A DNA stretch of 64,000 nt from Nitrospirota bacterium (lineage in GTDB: Bacteria; Nitrospirota; UBA9217). Below are positions 21,001-30,500 of this stretch, piece by piece. How positions within the stretch are numbered: the stretch's first letter is position 1; every line of letters starts with the position of its first letter. The DNA lies in contig CAWJQQ010000001.1 of the NCBI GenBank assembly GCA_963845065.1, positions 672,001 to 736,000 of the forward strand, in the 5' to 3' direction. The position numbers and the translations under genes are program-made. A model generated the notes under the pieces. It saw nothing but the letters and a program-made list of their open reading frames with translations, did not search any database and had not been told where the DNA came from.

Positions 21001-21156
21001 CCTTTCGATCTCGCAATTTCGATAGGGACAGCTGTCGCTCCCTTGCTCATCAACGAGGCGACAAAAAAGATAGGTACGTCACCGCCGATAGTAAATGGCA
21101 GTTCAATTGTCACAGTTTCTGTATTGAACGGCAGGCAAGTTGCTGCAATTACCTAA
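18007..21156 (+). CDS. P-type cation-transporting ATPase (P2A-like) with N-terminal HMA2-like domain
   Basis: TGES, VAAVPEGL, DKTGT, MITGD, GDGINDGPAL and LLWINMISD motifs. Confidence 0.95.
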   Translation: MVQAVHTSVKGRARYKVEGLYRSEQLKQQIEQDLAEHKWILSFSINTLTGSVLVLFESQNGNNHASAIVSLLNAVVERTKGELVQGKEDRFPSAPQEKGMARVSLSPTAVTPSFTPTGKEVPTLRTVRKEVSNAEDQQEEPWHCMAKKDVLQRWGTSASNGLSEEAARLLYIQYGPNILPESVPRSGWSMFFDQFKSLPVALLGVAAGISIATGGFADAVVIMGVVVINASIGYYTENQTEKIIHGLKSLVQPTSTVIRGGVMAIIDAKEVVPGDLIVLRPGSYIAADARLIEAKYLSIDESALTGESMPAMKTADELQVQDIPLADRTNMVYMGTLVTGGQGLAVAVATGRYTEVGKIQTMVGEARPPDTPLERQMDHLGVQLVYITCTVCGIVFIVGLLRGYGFLEMLKSSIALAVAAVPEGLPTVATTTLALGIKRMRGMNVLIRHLDAVETLGSVETICLDKTGTITMNKMSVVQMHAGMRRLDVVDGKIMVEGKSINPYTNEDVLRLLHLSVLCNESMVSGQEGDYVVEGSSTENALVNLALSSGVDVVSLRAQHPIVKLNHRSEERHYMSSVHRSNDQQRLIALKGSPSEVLSLCKWYVKDGRQLEMDDDARAVFEADNERMAGEALRVLAVAYAVSNGDTLRSGEIIQQGLIWVGLVGMADVVRSGVKNLISTFHRAGIDTVMITGDQSPTAYAIGKELNLSKGEELEILDSTNLNRLEPEVMKALAGRVHVFARVSPANKLQIVQALQSAGKVIGMTGDGINDGPALKAADIGIALGHTGTDVAREVADVVLEDDNLETMVVAISQGRTVYNNLRKSVRYMLSKNTSEIMIMFTSLAAGMGQPFNVMQLLWINMISDIFPGIALAQEPPEPDVLLRPPRSPEEQLINPSDYKRLLFEASTISAGTLAAYGYGVLRYGQGPQASTMAFTNFVTAGLLHAISHRSESHSIFDAERLEPNKYLTIALAGSLGVQSLTLVIPGLRSFLGMSPLNPFDLAISIGTAVAPLLINEATKKIGTSPPIVNGSSIVTVSVLNGRQVAAIT

Positions 21157-21186
21157 ACAGGCAAAGTGCATCATGGCGAGGGTCAA

Positions 21187-22386
21187 ATGAAAAATGACTT
21201 CATGTTCACCTCGGAATCGGTGACCGAAGGCCATCCTGACAAGCTCTGCGATATCATCAGCGATGCAATAATCGATCATGTCCTGCAGAAAGATCCCTAT
21301 GCGAATATCATCGCCGAGTGCGCTGTTTCCACTGCCATTGTCTTCATCGCAGCGCGGTTTGCGACTTCGGCCAGGGTTGATTATGCCAATATCGCACGGG
21401 AAGTCATAAGCCAGGTCGACTATGATGAGAGGGTCTTCAATGCAAAGACTTGCAGTGTTATAACGAGCCTCACGGAGATACCACAAGGTGGCGGTCTGTT
21501 AATCGATGAACGGTCTTTGAGCGAGGAAGAAATCGAACGCATTCCCGCTCGGAACCAGGTGACGGTGTTCGGGTTCGCCTGCAATCAGACGGCAGCCTTA
21601 ATGCCGCTTCCCATCTGGCTTGCCCACCGTCTTGCCAGAAAGCTCGTGGCCGTACGGCTCCAAAAGGCGCTCGACTATCTCGCACCCGACGGCAAAACCC
21701 AGGTCGGCATTGAATATCGCGGCGGCAGACCGTCTCGTGTTCACAGCATCACCATTATCGCAAGTCAGAAGCGGGCCTCCGGCAAAGGCGGGCCCGATGC
21801 TAAGCGGCTCCATGACGATATCCGGGAGATGGTGCTAAATCCTGTTTTCCAGGATGAGGAGATCAGACCGGATGATCACACCCAGATCTACATCAATCCC
21901 GACGGTCCCTTCATTGGAGGAGGTCCTGCCAAACACTCAGGGTTGACTGGGAGAAAGAATGCAATCGATACCTACGGCGAGTACTCTCGTCACAGCGGGG
22001 CAGCCCTGAGCGGGAAAGATCCTTCAAGGATCGACCGGATCGGTGCCTATGCTGCTCGGTATGCTGCAAAGAATATCGTTGCGGCTGGACTTGCAGCCTC
22101 CTGCGAGGTGCAACTCAGCTATTCCATCGGATTTTCACGGCCGGTCAGCGTCCAGGTAGAGACCTTCGGGACTGGCAAAATATCTGATGAAAAAATAGCG
22201 GATATCATAGAGAAAAATTTTGACTTTCGACAGGCAGGGATCATAAGCCATTTCAACCTTCGATTCCTCCCCGCTCAGATCAAGGGCGGTTTTTATCGCA
22301 AGCTTGCGGCGTATGGTCATGTAGGAAGAATGGATATAGGCCTGCCATGGGAACTAACGGATAAAATCAATGCGGTCAAGGGATAG
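21187..22386 (+). CDS. metK: Methionine adenosyltransferase homologue (divergent)
   Basis: FTSESVTEGHPDK, PDGKTQV, GLTGRK..IDTYG and GAALSGKD motifs; GAGDQG motif absent. Confidence 0.85.
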   Translation: MKNDFMFTSESVTEGHPDKLCDIISDAIIDHVLQKDPYANIIAECAVSTAIVFIAARFATSARVDYANIAREVISQVDYDERVFNAKTCSVITSLTEIPQGGGLLIDERSLSEEEIERIPARNQVTVFGFACNQTAALMPLPIWLAHRLARKLVAVRLQKALDYLAPDGKTQVGIEYRGGRPSRVHSITIIASQKRASGKGGPDAKRLHDDIREMVLNPVFQDEEIRPDDHTQIYINPDGPFIGGGPAKHSGLTGRKNAIDTYGEYSRHSGAALSGKDPSRIDRIGAYAARYAAKNIVAAGLAASCEVQLSYSIGFSRPVSVQVETFGTGKISDEKIADIIEKNFDFRQAGIISHFNLRFLPAQIKGGFYRKLAAYGHVGRMDIGLPWELTDKINAVKG

Positions 22387-22708
22387 AAACAATGCAACGA
22401 TGTGGCAAGTAAAAAAATCACAATTAGAAGATATAGCGGATGACAATCGATTTTACGATTCTGAATCCGAAAATATGTAACATCACCAAGGCCCGCTGAT
22501 GCAGGCATGGAGTTAGGATTTATCCTGAAGATATTGAAAAGCAGCATGTTGCCGTACTGAAAGGGTTTAGGAATACGGCAAGAATTAAAGTCTTATTGCC
22601 TGCACCGATAAACAAGGAAGTTTCCACTCTATTGATGCAAAAAAAATGGAATGCAGCCTAATCCCGGTCTTTCAAGGTCGTTATAATACGAAGGGTAAAG
22701 TAAAGGAT

Positions 22709-23326
22709 ATGTATCGTCTTTTTTATTTATTGCTCATATCATTAGCGAATAACCTGGATAATATAGGAGTTAGAATTGCGTATAGCATTCGAGGAATAAA
22801 AATATCTATTCCGATAAATCTTTGGATTTCTGTAATTACATTTATTATTTCAGGGTTTGCTGCTTATTCAGGCACTCTGATAACGGGATTTTTAAACAAA
22901 CAATGGTCGTCGGTCATAAGCATGCTGCTTCTTTCCGGTATTGGTTTATGGATTATAGCAGAACCCTACATGAAAAAAAAATGTGATGATCATGATGGAT
23001 CTCAGCAAGAATGTACTACAAATATTTGGCATGTTTTTGCGAAGCCTGAAAAGGCAGACAGAGACAACTCCAAACATATCGATTTTAAGGAAGCAACTGT
23101 GTTAGGCGTTGCTCTATCTATAAACAATATAGGCGGTGGATTAGGTGCCGGAATGATCGGTCTAAATTCATTTTGGGTAGGATTTTTTTCGGCTTTGATC
23201 AGTTTTCTTGCTCTTTGGGCGGGCAATTACATTACCGAATTCTTTACGAGGTGGAATATAGGTAATAAGGCAACAGTTGTAGCGGGAATTGCTTTAATTC
23301 TTATCGGCATAGAACAGTTACTATAG
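22709..23326 (+). CDS. YtaF/MntP-family membrane protein (putative Mn efflux)
   Basis: ANNLDN.GV, D.D.SK.I..KEA..LG.ALSINN.GGG, AGI.LILIG motifs. Confidence 0.8.
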   Translation: MYRLFYLLLISLANNLDNIGVRIAYSIRGIKISIPINLWISVITFIISGFAAYSGTLITGFLNKQWSSVISMLLLSGIGLWIIAEPYMKKKCDDHDGSQQECTTNIWHVFAKPEKADRDNSKHIDFKEATVLGVALSINNIGGGLGAGMIGLNSFWVGFFSALISFLALWAGNYITEFFTRWNIGNKATVVAGIALILIGIEQLL

Positions 23327-23520
23327 TGTTGGTCGTGCACTGGGAAAGATTATTCTGGAAGTAAGAAGCAAGATGAACGGGATCGGGGCTGCTGAAGAAT
23401 ATGAGGCGAGAGGAGTTTGGATTACTCGTATTTCTGGTTTTCTTGTTGTTCTACGTCAATATAATACAAGGGGGCACAGATCCTGACGAGTGCTTGGAAA
23501 AGGTGCGGATTGACTTTCTG

Positions 23521-23892
23521 CTAGAGCAATAAAGTCAATAATGACAATCCCGTACCAGAAAGGGCTGTGTCAATGAAAGCTCCGGATACCGCCTTGGCTA
23601 CTACGTTGAATGCCTTGGACGTTGCCTGATGAACTACTTGATCGTTGGTGACTATTTTATCGGGATGATAAAAACCACCCCTCGCGAGAGCGCTCAGGAT
23701 ATCCTGATTATGAATCTCAGTCGGGTCGTAATGGATCAGAAGGCTTCCCGTCGTCATATTGAATTCGGCGGTTCCGATACCATGACCCATTTCTACGAGG
23801 GCCTTTCGAACCTCATAATGGACCGCGCTGTTTTTGAATAGAGGATTTTTTATCCGCAGTCTACCTGGTACAATATGAACGTAGCTATTCAT
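23521..23892 (-). CDS. HMA2-like domain protein
   Basis: YVH.VPGRLRIK...N.TTGSLLIHYD domain, hydrophobic C-terminus; GGAGG RBS. Confidence 0.85.
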   Translation of the reverse strand: MNSYVHIVPGRLRIKNPLFKNSAVHYEVRKALVEMGHGIGTAEFNMTTGSLLIHYDPTEIHNQDILSALARGGFYHPDKIVTNDQVVHQATSKAFNVVAKAVSGAFIDTALSGTGLSLLTLLL

Positions 23893-24176
23893 GATGCGAC
23901 CTCCTTCTGAAAGGGGATTTTTTGATATGATTTGCACTCAGGATAATCTGAGCACCTGAATCGCAACGAGCTTTCCTCATGCATGTAAAGGTGCATCTTG
24001 AGGCCGCATCTGGGACAGGTCGGGCGACTCTTCAATTCATGCTTCGCAATGCCGAGAATAAATTGTCTTCCGCACATAACGCATTTGAGGCGCTGCTTTC
24101 CGGTCCGTATATGACCGTATTTGTACACTGCTTCTGATTTACATACCGGGCATTTGAATTCATCTGCTGTCCCCAT
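23889..24176 (-). CDS. Double zinc-ribbon protein (paralogue of 15105-15437)
   Basis: Same 8 Cys and GKQR/MHLY/FRCS.YP.C motifs; ATGA overlap with the HMA2 gene. Confidence 0.8.
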   Translation of the reverse strand: MGTADEFKCPVCKSEAVYKYGHIRTGKQRLKCVMCGRQFILGIAKHELKSRPTCPRCGLKMHLYMHEESSLRFRCSDYPECKSYQKIPFQKEVAS

Positions 24177-24279
24177 CGAACTTACACCTTTCTTTGATAA
24201 GAATAGTATCATACCTATGTTACGCAAATATGAAGGAAATGTTAAATTTCTGTTACATGAAAAGAAAGTCAATCAACGA

Positions 24280-24600
24280 TTCTGGGTCCTAATAATAGAA
24301 GAAAATCTCCTCGACAATGCCTGGAAGTTCACTAGTAAATGTCCTGCGGCAAGAATTGAATTCGGTGCGACCGAAAGTGGGGGCAAAACGATATTCTTCG
24401 TTCACGACAATGGAGCCGGCTTTGACATGCAATATGCGGATAAACTCTTCCACCCATTCAATCGTATGCATACGGAATCCGAGTTCGCGGGCTTGGGCAT
24501 AGGCCTGGCCATCGCTCAACGCATCATCATGCGCCACGGCGGGTGGATTTGGGCAGAAGGTGCTGTGGGAAAAGGAGTAACGCTTTATTTTACGCTGTAA
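24280..24600 (+). pseudogene. Histidine kinase HATPase fragment
   Basis: [24 protein letters not shown] and GIGLAI motifs; no HisKA or sensor region upstream. Confidence 0.8.
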
Positions 24601-24684
24601 AGATTACTATCAGAGAATTGTGAGTTTTCGACGTACCCACTATCCAGAACACCTAATTCACCGGATTCACAAGCCGTATCAATT

Positions 24685-25317
24685 TTATCTTGCGGCATAC
24701 TTGTTTAGAAAATCAAGAAAAATCTTCAGCGTTTCTTTGTCCTGGGTTGTCATATCCAAAAATTCCGTGCCAATAAAACATGTTTCCTCCTGCTTATCCA
24801 ATCTTTTCACACTGCAGTCGCATCGGATCTCTTTGTCCATGAGCTTGCATGCTATTTTATAACGTCCTTCGGGCGTTAAATTTCTGTTCTCTTGCACAGG
24901 TATTTTTAAACCGCATCCTCCTTCGCTGATGTCAGTCATGACAGCACCGGGGATCACTTGCCCGGAAGGATCAAGAAATGTAATTGGCAGATCGATTTTG
25001 AACCGAGGTGCAACCCTTAACTTCAGGCATTCCATTTTTGTGGGAAATTTGAGGAACATCACCGGGAAAGGATAAAACTGGACGGTCAGGACTTCCGTCT
25101 CGAAACCATAGGCAACACCGTCTTTCAAGAATCGAATTTTGCAGATATCCTTGGCATTCAGATATGCCGGCTTTCCTTGACTATAGACGGCATCTGTCAG
25201 AATGAATTCGTCTTGACTCCATCCTATGATTTTTGTCGTTAAATAGGCCTTGTAGTATGTTTCAATTGACAGCGTCAGATTGATAGCAAATATAGAATTT
25301 TCCATTATTGGCCTCAT
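24685..25317 (-). CDS. YcgR-like flagellar brake / PilZ domain protein
   Basis: RxxxR (RVAPR) and DISEGG PilZ motifs after an N-terminal domain. Confidence 0.88.
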   Translation of the reverse strand: MRPIMENSIFAINLTLSIETYYKAYLTTKIIGWSQDEFILTDAVYSQGKPAYLNAKDICKIRFLKDGVAYGFETEVLTVQFYPFPVMFLKFPTKMECLKLRVAPRFKIDLPITFLDPSGQVIPGAVMTDISEGGCGLKIPVQENRNLTPEGRYKIACKLMDKEIRCDCSVKRLDKQEETCFIGTEFLDMTTQDKETLKIFLDFLNKYAAR

Positions 25318-25564
25318 AGGAGATGTTCATGAGCATCATTATTAATATCTAATCATTCATATGCTTATAACCACAAAGAGCCTAGGTGTAGGTTTCTTTG
25401 TTTCTTTATAGCTTCAATAACGATGTTTATGAAAAGGTTGAACTGCTATCTTTAGAAGTCGTGTTTTTATCAAATAAATATATTCACTGCATATGAGCGC
25501 AATAGCCGCTTTTAACTTGTAATTCCCCACAGCTTGCTGCGTGGAGATTTATTCGACGTCTTAA

Positions 25565-25962
25565 CGGCAAGAAAGCCCTGGCTTTGGCCATGGGGTTGAA
25601 TTGCTGTGCAGTTATTTTTTTCTGTCATCGCCATATATGTATCATCCGCTCTTTGAAAACCAAGATATGAGGTTCCTTTGAGAATATCACCGGGTAAAAT
25701 CTTTGTCTGTCCACGATATTGTCGGACTGCTTAAGTCTAGCCAGGTGCTTGCCTGCTCCTTGAATGGGTAATGTCGAGATTGCAATATCAAGCGAAGAAT
25801 GATCAGTTTTTTATCTATCGGTGGTGGCCTGCGGGCCTGAGACAAAGTCGCTTGCCCGTTAAAATATCCCAACGACAATCAAGATCGGTAACTTAAATTT
25901 CTTGTCGAAGCTCTTGCCGGTAGTGCCGTTAGAATCCCCTGGCTTCAGCAGGTTGTCTGACA
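25565..25962 (+). mobile_element. Non-autonomous IS200/IS605-like element, copy 1
   Basis: Left-end hairpin AGAAAGCCCTGGCTTTGGCCATGGGG, right end AGAATCCCCTGGCTTCAGC; collinear with 60944-61350. Confidence 0.65.
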
Positions 25963-26232
25963 ATACAAATTTTGTTAGTTTGGCTAACGTAAATTCAATT
26001 AGATACGAGGGCAAAAAACGCTATAAATACTGTTGTCGGACAACCTGTCAGGCATGAGGTAGGTCAGAACTAAAAGCTTTTCATACGATGCATCAATGTA
26101 GCGAACATGTGTGATTAATAGACCGGCCTTTTTTAAAGATAGCCCTGAATGTTGCGTGTCCCATGCAATTTTGTAAAAGTACAACAGCTATAAAGTTTAA
26201 TAAGAAAGCGTTGACTCACCATCGTAGCGTGG

Positions 26233-27246
26233 TCATCTATTGAGAAAGGACAATAGCTCCTCGTGGAATCGCTCTGTTGCCTCTAAATGCGGGATGTGTC
26301 CTACATTTGGTAGTTCAACGAGGGTAGACCCGGAGATGAGTTTTGAGGTTTTCCTACCTAGAACAGGGTATTGGCCGACGCTTGCGAGCAGGTCTTTTTT
26401 CACCCTAGATTTTCCTGCCACGGTCCTGTCTGCCTGACCGATCACGAGCAGGGTCTTTGCATGGATATTTGCAAACTCGTGGCAGACCGGCTGCTCGTAG
26501 ATCATCTGATAGGTAAGAGCCGAAGACAAGACGAGGCGTGGATACTCGCCGCTGGCTTTCCAGCGAACAGCAACGTTGGCATACTCCTCATATTCGGGTT
26601 TCAATTGTGCAAAGTACGATTTATAATAGTTACGAATGCCTTTTTCTGACGTGTTTAACTCAGCCTGATAGAGCTCTTCCAAAGAGGCATAAGGCACGAT
26701 GGAGCGATAATCTTCAAGACCGATAGGATTTTCCAAGATCAGGTGTGATACCATCTCAGGGTACATGAGTACGAAGCGGGTCGCAAGCATACCGCCCATG
26801 GAATGTCCAACAACCGCTATTTCTTTGACTCCAAGGACGTCCAGAAGTTTTTTAGTGTTGGAGGCTAAAAGGTGAAAGCTATAGTGAATGTTGGGTTTTG
26901 ACGATTTGCCGAAGCCGATCTGGTCGGGTACTACAACGCGGTAGCCATTCTTGGACAGGAAGCAAATAGTGTCCTTCCAGTAAGCCCCGAAGAAGTTTTT
27001 GCCGTGAAGAAGTAGGACTACACGACCGCGGTCAATCCCTTCGGGTGGAACATCCATGTATGCCATTCTCAAATCCTGGCCTTCAATTGTCAATGGGAGA
27101 AATTCAACCTGATATGGGTAGTCATAGCTTTCCATCGTTATAGACAACGGTTTAAGCTCCTCAGCCTTGGCAACCAAAGGAGTCAAGAGCGTCATTATAG
27201 TAAATATGAATAGGCTTATTGTTGCGGCCGCGCGATGCTTACACAT
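26233..27246 (-). CDS. Secreted alpha/beta hydrolase
   Basis: Signal peptide, LLHGKNF, PDQIGFGKS, GHSMGG and GHIPH motifs. Confidence 0.9.
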   Translation of the reverse strand: MCKHRAAATISLFIFTIMTLLTPLVAKAEELKPLSITMESYDYPYQVEFLPLTIEGQDLRMAYMDVPPEGIDRGRVVLLLHGKNFFGAYWKDTICFLSKNGYRVVVPDQIGFGKSSKPNIHYSFHLLASNTKKLLDVLGVKEIAVVGHSMGGMLATRFVLMYPEMVSHLILENPIGLEDYRSIVPYASLEELYQAELNTSEKGIRNYYKSYFAQLKPEYEEYANVAVRWKASGEYPRLVLSSALTYQMIYEQPVCHEFANIHAKTLLVIGQADRTVAGKSRVKKDLLASVGQYPVLGRKTSKLISGSTLVELPNVGHIPHLEATERFHEELLSFLNR

Positions 27247-27514
27247 ATCTTTCCTCCTGTTGTCGCTTCGAATTAAAATTATAAGAGTATTAATCCCATG
27301 ATTTACTAACAAAATTATCAATTGGTGATTTAAAGATGTCGAATAATTAATTTATATGGCAAGATCAGACTAAACAAGACAATAACAAACGGAAACGTCT
27401 TTGTCCCCCCTGTCTTCGATTGTATGAAAAACTTCAATCATGAGCAATCTCATTAGCCTGGGCCCTTTAGCATTGAAGCACACATGCCTTATCTGACGAC
27501 TTAATATACTTACA

Positions 27515-30500
27515 CTATGCATCAAGACATGCTCTGATGCGTTCGAGGAGGTCTTTCGGTGATATAGGTTTTAGAATGAATTCGACACCACTTTGAAGAA
27601 GTTCCTCGGCCGCTTTAATATCTGCTGTATAGCCGCTCATGAAGAGTATTTTTACATCAGGCCGGACTTTTATTATTTCATCATATGCCTCTTTACCACT
27701 TTTCTTGGGCATGATCATATCCAGAAGGATGATTTTAATGACGTCCTTATTATTCATGAATTTGATCACAGCATCAATACCATTTTCTGCGTCGATCACC
27801 GTATAACCAACCTCGGAAAGCACAGTTCGGAAAAGCGTCCGGAGTGCTACATCATCCTCTGCGATAAGCACGGTTTCCGGTCCGCCTTGCAGTTTATCCT
27901 CGGGGACACTACTGGAAGTTCTCCGTGTTTCATGTTCTGAAGCAATTAGAGGCAAGTATATCTTGAAAGTGCTCCCTTTGCCAAGTTCACTGTAAACGTC
28001 TATAAATCCAAGATGTTGCTTTATGATTCCATATACCATCGCAAGCCCGAGGCCGGTACCTTTTCCGACCTCTTTTGTAGTGAAGAAAGGTTCGAAAATC
28101 TTTTTACGGGTTATCTCGTCCATTCCCATCCCTGTATCTGTTACCGATACAACGACATACATTCCAATCTCACCATAACCGTGTGCTCGGATAAAGGTAT
28201 CATCCACTTCTATAACCTCAGATTCTATAAGTAAGGAGCCTCCATGTGGCATCGCATCCCTCGCATTGGTTGCGAGGTTCATCAAAGCCTGCTCGATTTG
28301 ACCACTATCCGCATTAACTGTCACGGTATTCTGTTTGAAGACAGTATGGAGCTCAATATCCTCTCCGATGACTCTTCGCAAAAGCTCCTCCACACGTCGG
28401 ATAATCTCATTCAGGTCTGCCGGGCGTGAATTCAGAATCTGTTTCCTGCTGAACGCGAGGAGACTATGAGTCAAACTGGCTGCACGGTCGGCAGCTTCGA
28501 GTAAATGCTGGACATTGGTACGGAGCGGATCATCTTCATTCGTCTTCATCAGGAGGATACTGCCGTAGCCTATGATGGCGGAGAGAATATTGTTGAAATC
28601 ATGCGCGATGCCGCCTGACAGCTGGCCGACCGCCTCCATTTTTTGAGCTTGCATCAGCTGACTTTCAAGTTTTTTCCGCTCCGAGATATCACGGATGATC
28701 CCCGCAGCATGCCACTTGTCTTTGAGGCGGATACCAGATACGGCCAACTCGACCGGGATTTCAGTGCCGTCCTTCCTGACTGCAAAAACTTGGTATGTTT
28801 TTCCCAACAATGAACCTTGTCCGGTTTCTACAAATTTTTTAAATGCCAACGCATGCGTTTCTCTATATCGGTGAGGTATGATGACCATTATGTTTTTCCC
28901 CATGATCTCTTCTGGGGCATACCCGAGCATGCTACATGCGGACGAATTCCAGTATACGACTCTTTCTTCATGGTCGATCAAGATAATGGCATCAGTTGCC
29001 GTATCGGTGATGGCCTGTAATTTTTGTTCGCTTTCTACGAGCGAGTCTTCCGCCTGACTTCTGACGATAATTCCGGCTAAGGTGTTTGAAATTGTTATGA
29101 GCAATTCCCGCTCTCGTTCATTGCTTTTATGGCCATCCTTCAAGTAGACACTTAACACCCCCAGTATCTTCCCGGAAAAAATTATAGGGACACAGTAATA
29201 GCTATGCGGAACGATGTCGTCGTAGGGGGTTTCATGCCGCTTATCAACGTTATCAACAAAAATGATTTTGCCTGTTAATGCAGCTTGTCCGCAGATACAT
29301 TTGCCCATTGGAACGCGTGCGCACATTTTTTGAATGCGTTCATCGAGATTTCTATGGGCCTTTAAAGCCAAAAAACCGGGGTCACTTTCAACAAGAAAGA
29401 TAGCGCCACTCGATTGAGAGATAAGGAAGGGGATCGAGAGGACTAGGGCCAGGGCGCGATCAAGAATGTCCTCGAGAGGGACCTTCTCCAGTGATAAGAG
29501 TAATAATGAATTTATAACCGCTTGAGTATCATAGTTCCGGTTAATTTCCTCTTCAGCGTACTTGCGCTCCGTGATATCCTGGAGCGTTTGGATGACTGCA
29601 ATTAAAACCCCTTTGCTGTCATAGAGGGGTGCAGCGTCGAAAAGAATATATCTGTCTTTGCCATGCAGGTTACGGCGCCAGCCTTCCGAATGCAGTGCGT
29701 CCGGTGAGAGTGTAGACTTGGTATAAATTGGATAAAGAGCCGGAAGGTCATTATAATTAGCATCAATGACGATATCCGCAAGGGTCGCCCGTTTCTTCTT
29801 ATAAAAAGGCCGCCACTGATTATCGGTTCCAAGCATATCAGAGGATGAAAATCCGGTTAGCTCTTCACATGCCTTATTCCAAAGTGTTATTTTGTGTTGA
29901 GCGTCTAGAACAAAGGTCGCAACAGCGGAGTTCTCAAGAAGATTGTCAGTGAATTTTTTCTGCTCCAGCAAGGAATCTTTTATCTTTGCTTGTTCTGTGA
30001 AATCTTCCACTATTCCAACGCCACCTTTGATATTCCCATCTTGGTCGAAGATGGGGGCTGTAAGCATCCGGATATGAATTCCAGCCTGACTTGTGGTGTT
30101 TTTGTAAAACCCTTCATAATTGCCGTCATTTCCTTTTATTGCCTCTATTATGGCCGGCAATACGCGTTGATCGGATAGAGTATGCATATCAAGGCCGATA
30201 AGAGCATCTCGACGTGACTGTAGAATAGCTACAAAACTGTCATTACAATCATTGATTTGTAACTTGGGATCATAGTTGAATATGCCAATTGGGATTTTCT
30301 GGAAAAGAAGACGGTACTTTATTTCGCTCACACTTAACGACTTCTCAACTCGTACATGGTTTAGATAAAATGCTGATGTGAGCCAGAAAACGAAAACACC
30401 GAGAAAACAATTCAGAAGCCCGTATTTTAGTCCCACGCCTGTGGGAGACAATATGAGGCCTACAAACATGAGAACAGTACAAACTGACGTGAATACAATA

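Noticed and set aside
16255..24176. Magnetosome gene island
   Set aside because: No core mam genes (mamA/B/M/K/Q/E) recognisable
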